A DNA stretch of 63,955 bases, filler included, from Octopus bimaculoides (GCF_001194135.2; 10 parts of 8 records of this genome joined end to end with filler, not necessarily neighbours in it); one strand, 5' to 3'. Positions 11,790 through 23,339 are shown, counted from the first letter of the whole stretch. Translations and numbers: made by a program. Notes: generated by a model from the letters alone, not told the origin.

Positions 11790-12345
11790 TAAGCCGGTCA
11801 TTCAGCCTAACATACACACGTACCACATCCGGCTACATGCCAGCTCAACATATGACGCAGCCGGTTTTATATACTGGCATGTACCACAGCTGGTTATATA
11901 TGAATAAAGATTATATGTATATATATACACAAAAAGATTATATGTATATATACACACACACACAGCATTCGGCTTCGTATCCACACATATACACACAGCC
12001 GGCTAAATATCCAGCTAGCGACGTATTCACACGTACACATACATACACACAGCGATCAACGTATACATACATGCATACACACAGCTAGCAACGTATTTCA
12101 CACACAGCTAGCAACGTATTTCACACATACAAACTAGCAACGTATTCACACAGCCGGCCAAATATCCATACACACACACACACACAGCTGCATCTACATA
12201 TCCGCAGCCGGCTACGTATCCACGCACACGCTGCCGGCTAAATACCCATACACACACATCATAAGCAGCCAGTTATATATATACATACACTGCAGTCGGC
12301 TATGCACAGCCGGTTACTTATTCACATGTCTATGCGACCGGTCTT
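11790..12345. repeat. Degenerate array of CAGCCGGC(T)/CAGCTAGC motifs spaced by CA-rich linkers, in the myc-like intron
   Basis: Roughly 18 related motifs. Includes a local tandem cacacagctagcaacgtattt x2 plus a third degenerate copy at about 12077-12150. Confidence 0.75.
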
Positions 12346-13159
12346 ATTGTTTTAAACATTAATAGCTGTAGTAGTAGTAGTAGTAATAGTGGTCACTCAA
12401 CTCAATTGCGCAGTATTCGGTAGCTCACGTAGACCACCTCATATTAGTCGTTTTGTAGTGGTGTATGTATATAATGAAATTCTTAATAGCCGTCTGTACG
12501 TGTTGGCTGTGTCCCTCCATCACCACACACGCCTTCTTTTTGCTTTAAAATCACTTTGTCCCAGTTTGTTCGCCCATGTTTGGGGCAGATCGATAAGAAA
12601 TCGATGCTTGCCTTATATAATGTATGACTATTAATTGGTAGAACTGTAAATGGCATAGCTACGGTTTCGTGTCCTATCACCCGTTATCTTTCCCTCGACA
12701 TTTCGTGGGAAAATCCGAATTTTCTTTTAACTGAATTGTGCACTACGGCCAAGCTACAGCATTGCCTTGGGCTGTGTCTCAGTTAAATGAATTGCTGCTC
12801 GTATTAATTTCATTATTTAAAACGAACCACCTCAAACGTAAATCTGCAGAGTTTCATTTAACCATAGGTAAATGCGTTTTCCTGAATGATATAAGGAAAG
12901 TCGTAGTGGGGTACCAATCGGGTATACAGACAATTTAATGTGTATGTGTGTATGATATTGTACTTTGTGATGATGGCAGGTCCCATGTAAAAAAGTTAAA
13001 GGAATTTTATATCTACGAGGCTTTCTCTATTCGAACAGTATTAATAAAAGTTGGAACGAGTTCCACTAGAAGCCGGTTCCTGTATCTCTGTTTCTCCTAT
13101 CTTCCTGTCTCCCTATCTTTCTTTGTGGGTGATATATATGTTTGTATGTATGTATATGT

Positions 13160-13415
13160 TGGCAAGGGCGTGAGAAGTTTTCTGCCCAGCCACATGGTTC
13201 CGGGTTCAGTCCCACTGCATGGCAACTTCACCAAGTTTGCCTACTAAGCTCTGGGCCAACCAAAAACTGAGTTGATTTGGTAGACGGAAACCGAAAGAAG
13301 CTCATCGTATGTGTCTATATTCCACCACCACTTGACGTGTGGTGTTGGTATGTTGACGTCCCCGTAGTGTCGCAGTCCTGCAAAAGTGACTGCTAGAATG
13401 ATTTAAGTACTTGGG
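13160..13415 (+). mobile_element. SINE family B copy in the myc-like intron
   Basis: ccacatggttccgggttcagtcccactgc...gatttggtagacggaaaccgaaagaag. Confidence 0.85.
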
Positions 13416-13799
13416 CAAATTCTCTTGGCGTACTGTTCTTCAAAGTGGCGTTCCAGTTTGGCCGCAGTCGGACTGACACGAACAGAAGATACAAGTGACT
13501 GTTCTTGAATGAGAAAATGTAACCCTCCTCCATCGCCCCAATCCACCGGGATTTTTTTAAATGAAATAACGGAAAATGATGTCGTGATTATCAACATTTT
13601 TAATCTCTTCTTCTCCGCCTCCGACCGGAAAACAAAACTTACTTGCTTGCACGTTTTCTTTTTTGTGTTTCCGATGGTGTTTGGGGGACTTGTAGTGACA
13701 GGTTTTCCCAAATTCCTATCGTTTATGAAGTTTCTACGTGCAATGTCCTTTGCATTAATCTGCAATAACGTTTTTGTTTTACCTCCTCTTCTATTGCAG

Positions 13800-14380
13800 C
13801 TCGTCAAACTGGGATTTTACGCCGAGCAACGAAAGTTACTCAAGCTCTCCTTGTCGAGGTGTCCACCACCTCAAATGCGCCACTAACACCGCCAATAACA
13901 CCACCATCTCCACAATCTTCGTTATCATCATCGTCGTCATTTTCATTGATATCTTCATCGCCATCACCTTCATCCGACAACAGCAGCATTGTGTCGGTGG
14001 CTGCGACCACGACCATGGGTGGTTCGGGTACGAAGCATTCTCGGTTCTCAGACGAGAGACTTCTCAGTGAAAAGACTAAGAGGCGCAAGTGTATGTCTCA
14101 TAGCGAAAAGGCTGTCCACAATGAGTTGGAGAGGCGGCGTCGGGCTCAGATGAGCGAGCTTTTAAGCGAGCTTCGAGTTGTTGTCGATGCTGTGAAGGAT
14201 GACCCGAAGGCATCTCAGAAAAGGATAGTGGACGAGGCTCTTCTGTGTATAGAACGAGCTCTTCGGGAGGAGAAGCAGATGAAAGCTCGAATGGAATTGG
14301 TGAAGAAGGACAACGAATTCCTGAAGGCTAAGTTACGGGAATTGTCATCGGAATGGCACGACTTGCATGGAAGTAAGTAG
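13800..14380 (+). CDS. myc: Coding exon 2 of the Myc-family gene: Ser/Pro-rich linker plus C-terminal bHLH-leucine zipper
   Basis: Polypyrimidine tract and cag acceptor at 13797-13799; G/CT restores the frame of the 13859 ORF. HNELERRRR basic region (H-E-R, CACGTG class), KASQKRIVDEA helix 2, and a heptad zipper M-V-L-L-L before stop TAG 14378-14380. The joined CDS is 1311 nt = 436 aa, close to c-Myc length. Confidence 0.9.
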
Positions 14381-16072
14381 AACCTATTTTAAGGGGTGTT
14401 TTTTTTATGTGAGGAAAATGTTTGGGGAACTGCAGTTGTGGTACGATTGCCTGGTTGAGTCAGGGTGGACACTGGAGTATATGTTGGATGCTTGTGCCTA
14501 AGTAGAAATAGGGGTTTGTCTTGTCATTACTTGGTCAGCTGGTGAAGTCATGGGGCTCTCTCCTATATTTAAGCAATTTCATAAATATGACCCTATTTTT
14601 TGCCCTCATTACCTCGAAGCTTGCTTTTTTTTTTTGCTTCCTACGTCACTAAGTACGTTGGCTGTTTATTTAATGCATGCTTGTGATCCTTATAGTCAGG
14701 GAAAGACTCTTAAGAGGTTTTGCTAAAATAATGCAGATTCTCTTCACGAATTTTAAAGGCGTCTTGACTCTTGCACCTTTTTTTCTGGCTACCTTTAATC
14801 ATTCTTTTGTTTTGATGAAAGGCTACAATCCGAAACGTTGAGTCTTGGCCTTCCCTGCCGTTAAACACTTGCAAATATTTGTCTCATTTGTTTTGTCTTG
14901 CAAGTTACTTGGCAACCTCACTGGTGCCGGTGCCAATGCAAAGAGCATCCGGTACATTTCAAAGTCGATGGCATTGAGGGGGAGGGGGATATCAAGCCAT
15001 AATAAAATAATCGTGTCAAAGCAGATATATCGGGGCTTGATGCGGTTCGCACTGGTTCGTTGGATCCTGTTAAAACCGTCCAATCCATCCATGCCAGCAC
15101 GGAAGACTGATATTATGTGGAGTAGACCACGTATAGAACCTGGGCAATGGGTCAGGTGAATAGACATGATTATTATAATCAAAATCAGGCAGTGTATACT
15201 TGTTTTTCCCTAGGTTGGACTGTTCGCGAGGTTTTGGGCTCAGTTCGGGGACAAAGGTACAGTAGACGGCAATCAACTGTGGATATTGTGTGCTTGGCGA
15301 CGTGAGTAGGTAAAGATAAGTGTGTGTGTGTGTATGTATATATATGTATTCACATACATGCATGCTGTTTTGCAACTGCGTAATTATGGTATGTCAATCG
15401 CACACACAGCGTGCTCATGTGTCTAGTATATTTTCTGTAGTTAGCTAAATGTCACTGTACATACACAATCTATTAACTGTGTGTATATACGTGCGAGTTG
15501 CTTACTACGCAATTTGTGTTTATGTACGCCATTAGTGACTGCGTACTTGTGTATGAAGCGTAGATGGGGGGTATGCTAATAGTGCCTAGGTACATATATG
15601 GGTATACACTTATCTTATAGTGTTGGGGTGGGTGTTATTTAATACGGGTGTAAATGTGTGTACATAATTGTCTTTTCTTTATCGTCAAAACGTTTAAAAC
15701 TTAGTGGGCGTATTGGTTTTGGTCACTCAACCAGCTAGAAATAACAGCCAGATATCCCCTCATCGCATGGTTATTTGTCTTGGAAAGGGACTTGCTTATT
15801 CATGGGTACCCCCTAAAAGGTACTCGCTTGCACGCATTTGTGTGTATGTATATACATGCGTACATGTATATATATATGTGTATGCAAGTGTGTTTTATTA
15901 TATGAAGGGTTAAATTTGCAAGTCGTACAAAGATGAATCCTTGTTATTCTGTATCAGAACGGTTTGGTGTAGACGCACTTGGGACTTGGCTGTTATTTCT
16001 TCCATTTGAAGCAACCACATAAGGGTTTCGTGTTTGTGGGCGTGTATCGTTTTAACACTACTACGCATTTAA

Positions 16073-16116
<44 letters not shown>

Positions 16117-16479
16117 CACGTGCACTTTAGCGTGCCCTATTTCTACAATTCCGTGTGTAGTACATTGTCCTCCAGTGTGTGAGTACGTGTGTACTGGTAG
16201 TGATTAAAATTGCGTGGATGCGAGTGCGCGCGTGTTCGGTTCTACCAATCAGTGTAGGAAAAGTGCGTTATCTTTTGTCTGGATGTGTGTGTGACAATGT
16301 AGAGGCCTCTATATATGGGGGGGGGCTTGTGCGTGTTTAAGTGTGTGAACGTGTTGCGCTATATAATGTGTATTAGTTTATATCTTAAGATGTGTGTGTG
16401 TACGTACATGTGTATGTATATATTGTATAGTTATGTAAATTTATTTGTGTAGATATAGATTTCTCTGTGTCTCTCTATC

Positions 16480-16545
16480 TCCCGCCTCTTCTAGGTAGCT
16501 CCTGTGGCGGGAAATTATCAGCCAATCACAGTTCAGCATTTTCTC
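16480..16545 (-). promoter_or_regulatory. Putative promoter/enhancer cluster (E2F site, CCAAT box, GC box) downstream of the myc-like gene
   Basis: ctcccgcctc, TGGCGGGAAA at 16505-16514, and agccaatca at 16520-16528. Confidence 0.35.
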
Positions 16546-16559
16546 TTTGTTGTCGCCGA

Positions 16560-17400
16560 CATTCTTAGTCTCTCTCTCTCTCTCTCTTTCGCCGTTTCTT
16601 TCTCGTTAATGTCTCCCCCTCTAGTCTTTCCCTTTATCTCACTTACCCCGTCTCTGAATAACTTATCTTATCTCTCTCTGTCTTAATCTCTCTTTTTCAC
16701 TCTATATCTTTGTTTACCCCTCACGTCTCTCTTATCTCTTTGTTCCCCCCCTCATCTTCTCTCCCTCTCGCTTCTTTGTTCCTTTCTTCCTCCTCGTCTC
16801 TTCTAACTCTTTGCTTGGTCTCGTTGTCTTGTCTCCTCGAATTTTCTCTAATTTCTTGTTTCCCGTCTTCCATGGCCTGAAGTCTCTTCTCACTCCCTCT
16901 CTCATGATCTATTGGCTCTTCTTCTCTCCGTCTCTTCCACCCTCTCTCTCTCATGATCTATTGGCTCTTCTTCTCTCCGTCTCTTCCACCCTCTCTCTCT
17001 CATGATCTATTGGCTCTTCTTCTCTCCGTCTCTTCCACCCTCTCTCTCCCTACATTGTCTTTCCTCTCCTACACGTCTCACTGCTTCTCCTTCTTGGTCT
17101 CTTTACCATTCATACCTTTCTCTCTTACTCGCTTTCCTACACTCTCTTTCTCTCCGTCTCTCTTTCCCCCTCTCATCTTTCTGACCTTTCTCGTAGTTTC
17201 ACTTTATATTCTTCGCTTCTCTCTTACCCCTTTCTCCTCTCTTTCATATCTCTATCTCTCACTCAGCCTCCCCCTTCTTGTTCTCTACACTCTTTCTCTC
17301 TGTCCTTATCTCTCCTATATATCTTCGCCTTTTCTTTCATTTCCTCTTGGTGGCCTTCCCATTCTAGTCTGTCTTCCCCACCCTCAGATTATATACCTCT
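16560..17400 (+). repeat. Long polypyrimidine (CT-rich) tract containing a 49-bp tandem repeat x3 (about 16897-17048)
   Basis: Unit catgatctattggctcttcttctctccgtctcttccaccctctctctct starts at 16903, 16952 and 17001. Confidence 0.9.
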
Positions 17401-17652
17401 ACGTCCTACTAACCGACCTCGCTATACATATAGTGTACAAAACACCCAAAGACACCTACATACAGGCAGTTTTATATATATATGAGTATGTATGCATGTA
17501 ATTCTGTGTGTGTGTATCGACATCTTCGCGTACAAGCACGCATACACACATATATGGGCGTGCAAGAGAGTAATGTGTGTGTGTGTGTGTGTTAATGTCA
17601 AATGTTGGTAACGTCACGACGTACGTATACAAGCTGCATACGTATATAAAAG

Positions 17653-17694
<42 letters not shown>

Positions 17695-18699
17695 TGGCGT
17701 GTGTGGTCTATATATATGTCAGACGTTACACCATAACTGCTGTCTATACGTGTGAGATATTTAGTGATTGGCATATGTTTTATAGCGTCCGTGTATATAT
17801 ATATATATATATATACATACATGCTTTATCTTGTTTTATATATATATACACACACACTAAGTATATAGAATATTAGATTTCATCTGTGTGTGTGTATAAT
17901 CTTGTTTTGTCTTATGTGTTTGCGAGTCTCTCTAACTTGTGTGTGTGTGTGTGTGTGTGATGGTGCAATTGTATGCTAGGTTTACGGTATCTTCTAGTAT
18001 ATCTTATAAATTGGTGTGGTATGACTCATGGCCTCTCTGTGTGCGTGCGGTTTCTTCATTCTTTGCGTTCGTGTGGCCTGTACTTACAAGTAGCATGTGT
18101 GAACGTACGACTCTCTCGCATCTGTTGCTTGCCAACAAATATCGTTTTTCAACTCTGACCCCTGCTGTCTTAGCCTTTGACCTGACCAGTCTTTTTCCCC
18201 TTTATCCTTTAACCATCACTTCTTATCGGCCTCTGTGCTATCCCTCTTTTGTCACTCTCTTCCTTTCTCTCTATTCTCATTGTTTTATTTCCGTTGTAGT
18301 GTGAATGGGACGGTCGGCGTTGTGTATAGCCCCGGCTGGGTTCAACACTACTAAACTGGTGACCCCTTTGCTTCCTGCATGAAGTGTAAGGGTTGTTTAG
18401 AACAATAGACGGATGCTGGGTGAATGGGGGGAGGCGAGGACGGCAGGAGGGATAAAAAAACTTGGCCTTGTTTGTTGCTTGGCTCCACCATTTAAGTTCC
18501 GTTTCTGTTGACTTGTCGCTCCCCCTATTCAATCTATCATCCTTGATTCCACCTCACCCTCAGCGTCACAGACTGACTGAGGAGCACAATACTCCAGTCG
18601 TGGCTATCCCACCTCAATTTTTTTTCATTTATAGTGTATAGGTTCTGGCTTCTTCCTTCGTAGACGGACCCCCCCCCCATCAATTGGCGTTCCAATTAC

Positions 18700-18960
18700 G
18701 ACTAATTTCAGTCCCCAGATCTGACCTGCATTCCAGCAATGTCTTTTGTTGTTTAATAACCCTAGTTCGGTCTGATCCAGCAACCCCTATAAGAATAGAT
18801 AGATATTCCAGCTATTCTTTCATTGTCACAGTGTACCTAGGACTGCATTTTTGTGTGTCCCGTCCTTGTTGGTTTACTCTGCTCTGTCCTAGTCCTGCAG
18901 TTTTCACATTGGACATTCCAAAACTTATTTGTTTGTAAACTAGAGATCGTTAGAATAGGA
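18700..18960 (-). mobile_element. Possible decayed LINE AP-endonuclease N-terminus
   Basis: Minus frame ISFGMSNVKT...MKE*LEYLSILIGVAGSDRTRVIKQQKTLLECRSD loosely resembles the (T)WNVRT...ILGVSETR...TLLYSG pattern of RTE/L2 endonucleases; weak. Confidence 0.3.
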
Positions 18961-19105
18961 TTGGCTGGAACTCGGTCGAAGTNNNNNNNNNNNNNNNNNN
19001 NNNNNNNNNNNNNNNNNNNNNNNNNNTTAATTAATTAANNNNNNNNNNNNNNNNNNNNNNNNNNNNNNNNNNNNNNNNNNNNATATATGTATATATATAT
19101 ATATA

Positions 19106-20319
19106 TTGGATCATCCCATAAATAATGCGGGTTTTTCAATTGAATGAACCAATAGTCGGGTGGTAACGGGATAAACTACCTGCATCAACTTGCTATAAAA
19201 GCAGGTAGTAATTTTACATTGTTACTTATTTTAGTGCAAGTTTGAAAGAGGGCAGTTCAATTTTAACAGTTAATTTTTCAATGCTATAATGGAAGTGACA
19301 AAGGAGCATATTCGGCATATTTTGTTTTATGACTTCAATAAAGGCAACAACGCTACGGAAAGTGCAAGGAATATTAATGCATTATATGTGGATCGTACAA
19401 TAAGCCAAGCCAGTGTGAACAGTGGCTCCAGAAAATTCGAAACGGAAGCTACAGCGTAGGAGACGAGTTTTGTCCTGGAAGATCTGTAGAACTCGTCGAG
19501 GACGTTCCGCAAACACTGGTGGGACAAATCACATCGTAATTGTTGAGGAACTAGTAGAGAAGCTTGGATTTGGTCATACAACCATTCATCGACAGAAGCG
19601 TGCCATCGGAAACGTCAGCAAATTGGATCAATGGGTTCCTCACAAACTTTCCGTGTCTAATCGAGCGCAGAGAGTGAATGTGTGCTCTTCTTTGCTGTCA
19701 TGTCTCATGAACGAACCTTTTTCAGACGGAATAGTGACTGGTGACGAGAAATGGGTTCTCTATAAAAATGTCAAGTGCCGAAGACAGTGGGTAGGAAAAG
19801 GAGAAACACCGACACCCCAGGGTAAAGAAGGTCTTTCAACCACGTTATCTATTCAGTTTAATCCACAAATGAGATCCATTGCGAGCAGCTTGCGCAGCTT
19901 CTGTCAGCGCTAGAAGAAAAACGACCGTCTACGGTTTCAAGGATAATGCTCGGATAATGCTCGGCCACATACACCGAGGATGACATTCCAAAAGCTGGTG
20001 CAGTTTGAATGGGAAACGATGCCCCATCCACCATATTCGCCGGATATTGTCCCATCTGGTTATCATTTATTCCGCAATATTCAAAATCACTTGGACGGAA
20101 AAATATGAATTCTGTAGACGAGGTACGAACGGTACTGGAGGAGTATTTTTCGTCAAGGGCAAGGGAATCTTGGAATAGGGGCCTTGCTAGACTACCAGAT
20201 AGATGGAAGAACATGGTAGAAAATGAAGTAGAGTGTATTTTAGATTAAAAAATAACTTTATCTTAATTTTGAAATTAAAGAAGCATATAAAAAACAGCAT
20301 TATTTATGGGACGACCTAA
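19106..20319 (+). mobile_element. Full-length but decayed mariner transposon (DD34D type)
   Basis: TIRs ttggatcatcccataaataatgcgggttttt and aaaaacagcattatttatgggacgacctaa, each flanked by TA. Relic ORF from MEVTKEHIRHILFYDF with WVPHKL, IVTGDEKWVLYKN, DNARPH and HPPYSPDIVPSGYHLF; frameshifts and stops present. Confidence 0.95.
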
Positions 20320-20674
20320 TATGTGGGCGTGTGTGTGAGTATAAATATATATATAGATTATCTTACCTAAATGTACTTTTTCTTTGATAGTTTGTACTCT
20401 TTATATTTTATGATTGTATGATTTTAATTTTATGTTATATACCCATAGATAACTATAAGCAATCATAACCGAAATACGGCAGGGACGATCTGGGTATATC
20501 GAGCGCGTAACTCGCCTCTTTATGCATATACCTGATCTGACACAAACTGCACAGATTGATGCCACATAATTAGATACACAAAACCCTACCCATGACAGTT
20601 TCAGGATCGGTCAAAACGATCGGCATACTGAATAAAGCTACTGCTAAATTTATCTTCAGTTTCCTTCATCAATT

Positions 20675-20710
<36 letters not shown>

Positions 20711-21006
20711 NNNNNNNNNNNNNNNNNNNNNNNNNNNNNNNNNNNNNNNNNNNNNNNNNNNNNNNNNNNNNNNNNNNNNNNNNNNNNNNNNNNNNNNNNN
20801 NNNNNNNNNNNNNNNNNNNNNNNNNNNNNNNNNNNNNNNNNNNNNNNNNNNNNNNNNNNNNNNNNNNNNNNNNNNNNNNNNNNNNNNNNNNNNNNNNNNN
20901 NNNNNNNNNNNNNNNNNNNNNNNNNNNNNNNNNNNNNNNNNNNNNNNNNNNNNNNNNNNNNNNNNNNNNNNNNNNNNNNNNNNNNNNNNNNNNNNNNNNN
21001 NNNNNN

Positions 21007-21041
<35 letters not shown>

Positions 21042-21149
21042 GATTTGATTTGATTTCAGTTGAGTTGATTTGATCTAATTTCAGCTCATGAGATGTGGTC
21101 ATGCTGGGGCACCGTCATTTAGTGTTGCTACATAATTTCACTTCACGAA

Positions 21150-21872
21150 TGTTTTTCAGAGATTGACGTTTGGTGCATGGGGGAGTTTGATGCCGCTGCC
21201 CTCATTTGCACCACTTACTGTGAAGCTGGTTCATCTGGGACTCTTGACAGTAAGAGGTTGGGTTTCATTTTGAAGACACCTACATCCGCCCCATGCAGGT
21301 CTCTCAGGTCCTTCGGGAGGATATTGAAGAGCTGTGGACCTCTGAAGCCCAGGCTCTTGCAGTATCTTGTCCTATACCCTGATGGCAAATTTGGAGTCCT
21401 TGGCACAATGCAGTGGCGCCCTGTTCTAGTATATGTGTAACTCGCGATGCCAAAGTTTGAGACAAGTCCTTCCAGGGTCTTCCAGATGTATATTATGCCA
21501 TATCTTTCTCACCTACGCTCTAAGGAATAGAGCCTTAATCGCTTGAGTCTTTTCCAGTAACTTATATGTTGCATACAGGCTATATTCTTCGTGTAACTTC
21601 GTTATATTGCCTCAAGTTCTGCAATTAATTTGACAATGTCTGGTGTTCATAGCTGAGAGCAATAGTCAAAGTGGCTTAGGACAAGCGTCTTCCAGAGGAC
21701 CAATATGGTTTCCTGATTTCTTGTTCTAAAAGTTCTAAGAATCCATCCGGTCAGCCGCCTGCATTTCATTGCCAACTTAGCAATGTGCACATGGAAGGAT
21801 GCATCATTGCTCATGTAAATGCCCAGGGCACGCACTGACTGTGTCACTGGGATTACAGTTCCTCCAGGTCCA
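21150..21872 (-). mobile_element. CR1/L2-clade LINE, 3' part of ORF2 (post-RT region), decayed
   Basis: SVRALGIYMSNDASFHVHI...WILRTFRTR...LWKTLVLSHFDYCSQL...RLKRLRLYSLERR...FRGPQLFNILPKDLR. Confidence 0.85.
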
Positions 21873-22260
21873 GTATATATATATATATATNNNNNNNNNN
21901 NNNNNNNNNNNNNNNNNNNNNNNNNNNNNNNNNNNNNNNNNNNNNNNNNNNNNNNNNNNNNNNNNNNNNNNNNNNNNNNNNNNNNNNNNNNNNNNNNNNN
22001 NNNNNNNNNNNNNNNNNNNNNNNNNNNNNNNNNNNNNNNNNNNNNNNNNNNNNNNNNNNNNNNNNNNNNNNNNNNNNNNNNNNNNNNNNNNNNNNNNNNN
22101 NNNNNNNNNNNNNNNNNNNNNNNNNNNNNNNNNNNNNNNNNNNNNNNNNNNNNNNNNNNNNNNNNNNNNNNNNNNNNNNNNNNNNNNNNNNNNNNNNNNN
22201 NNNNNNNNNNNNNNNNNNNNNATATATATATATATAGGAATGTATGTATGCATGTATGTA

Positions 22261-22476
22261 TGTCGTTAGCACGGCGGGCCAAATGCTTAGCGGTATTTTG
22301 TCTGCCGTTAAGTTCTGAGTACAAATTCCGTCGAGGTCGACTTTGCCTTTCATCCTTTCGGGGTCGATACATTAAGTGTCAATTACGCACTGGGGTCGAT
22401 GTAATCGACTTTATCCCTTTGGCTGTCGTTGTTTGTCCCCTCTATGTTTAGCCCCTTGCGAGAAATAAAAGAATAA
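22261..22476 (+). mobile_element. SINE family A copy (aaggcggcgagctggcagaatcgttagcacg...gttctgagttcaaattccgccgaggtcgac)
   Basis: Matches more than 10 other copies in the window; B-box-like gagttcaaat. Confidence 0.9.
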
Positions 22477-22515
22477 GACAGACAGACAGATAGATAGTAG
22501 ATAGAGATAGATAGT

Positions 22516-22590
<75 letters not shown>

Positions 22591-22953
22591 GCACAAAATT
22601 ATTTATATACATAGACATATTACTGGCTGTGGTTTTTATTGTTCATGATCTAAATTTCATTTCTTATGTATTTATTCATTTTCCAAGGCGATCTTTTCTA
22701 TCTATGTAAATGCTTCCTGAAATAAACTTGCACTTCATTTTAGAAACTCCGAGTGACTCTAGGGTAATGCAGTCATCTCTGAGTGCACTCACCTTATAGC
22801 GGAAACAGACGTAATTTAATGCAGTCTATTGCATACTTTTCCATTCCTCTGTCGTTTAATTAATTTCATATTATGTACTGTACTCGACTAACGCTGTATT
22901 TTGCAAGAAACTTATTCTGCTTTCTAACACCAGATAATTATTATCACCATAAC

Positions 22954-22988
<35 letters not shown>

Positions 22989-23339
22989 AACTTATATATA
23001 TATTGGGGTTATGATTGTTTCACAACCTATGATGTAATTCACTGTATACTGTAATTCGACGAATAATTTCATAAAAGTTAGGAAACTAACATTTATTTTG
23101 CTTTATTTGGAAAAAAAATGTCGCCTCCAACTTGTGAAACCAATTACCACTTTTGACCCAAATAATGCAAAATTTTAGGAGCATGGGTTCATAACGCCTG
23201 CTCAAGTGTTTACTAAAATTGGTGCACTGACTCAATACAATGCAGAAATAGTATAAATTAAATTTCAGCTTTCTAGTTGAAGTAATTTCGGAGTTATTGA
23301 CTTTAAAAACTATAATCACTAGCTGGCGTTAGATTCACA

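Noticed and set aside
13509-14070. Alternative overlapping ORFs 13509-13886 and 13774-14070 as the start of the bHLH gene
   Set aside because: They are in other frames and cross the intronic polypyrimidine tract. Only the 13800 acceptor joins exon 1 in frame with the bHLH.
16897-17048. 49-bp and 35-bp (32520) direct repeats as CRISPR-like arrays
   Set aside because: Head-to-tail tandem units with no unique spacers, eukaryotic context and no cas genes.
19027-19038. Recurrent palindrome TTAATTAATTAA, as a possible piggyBac target or biological motif
   Set aside because: It is always centred in exactly 44 N + 44 N; an artificial six-frame-stop spacer.
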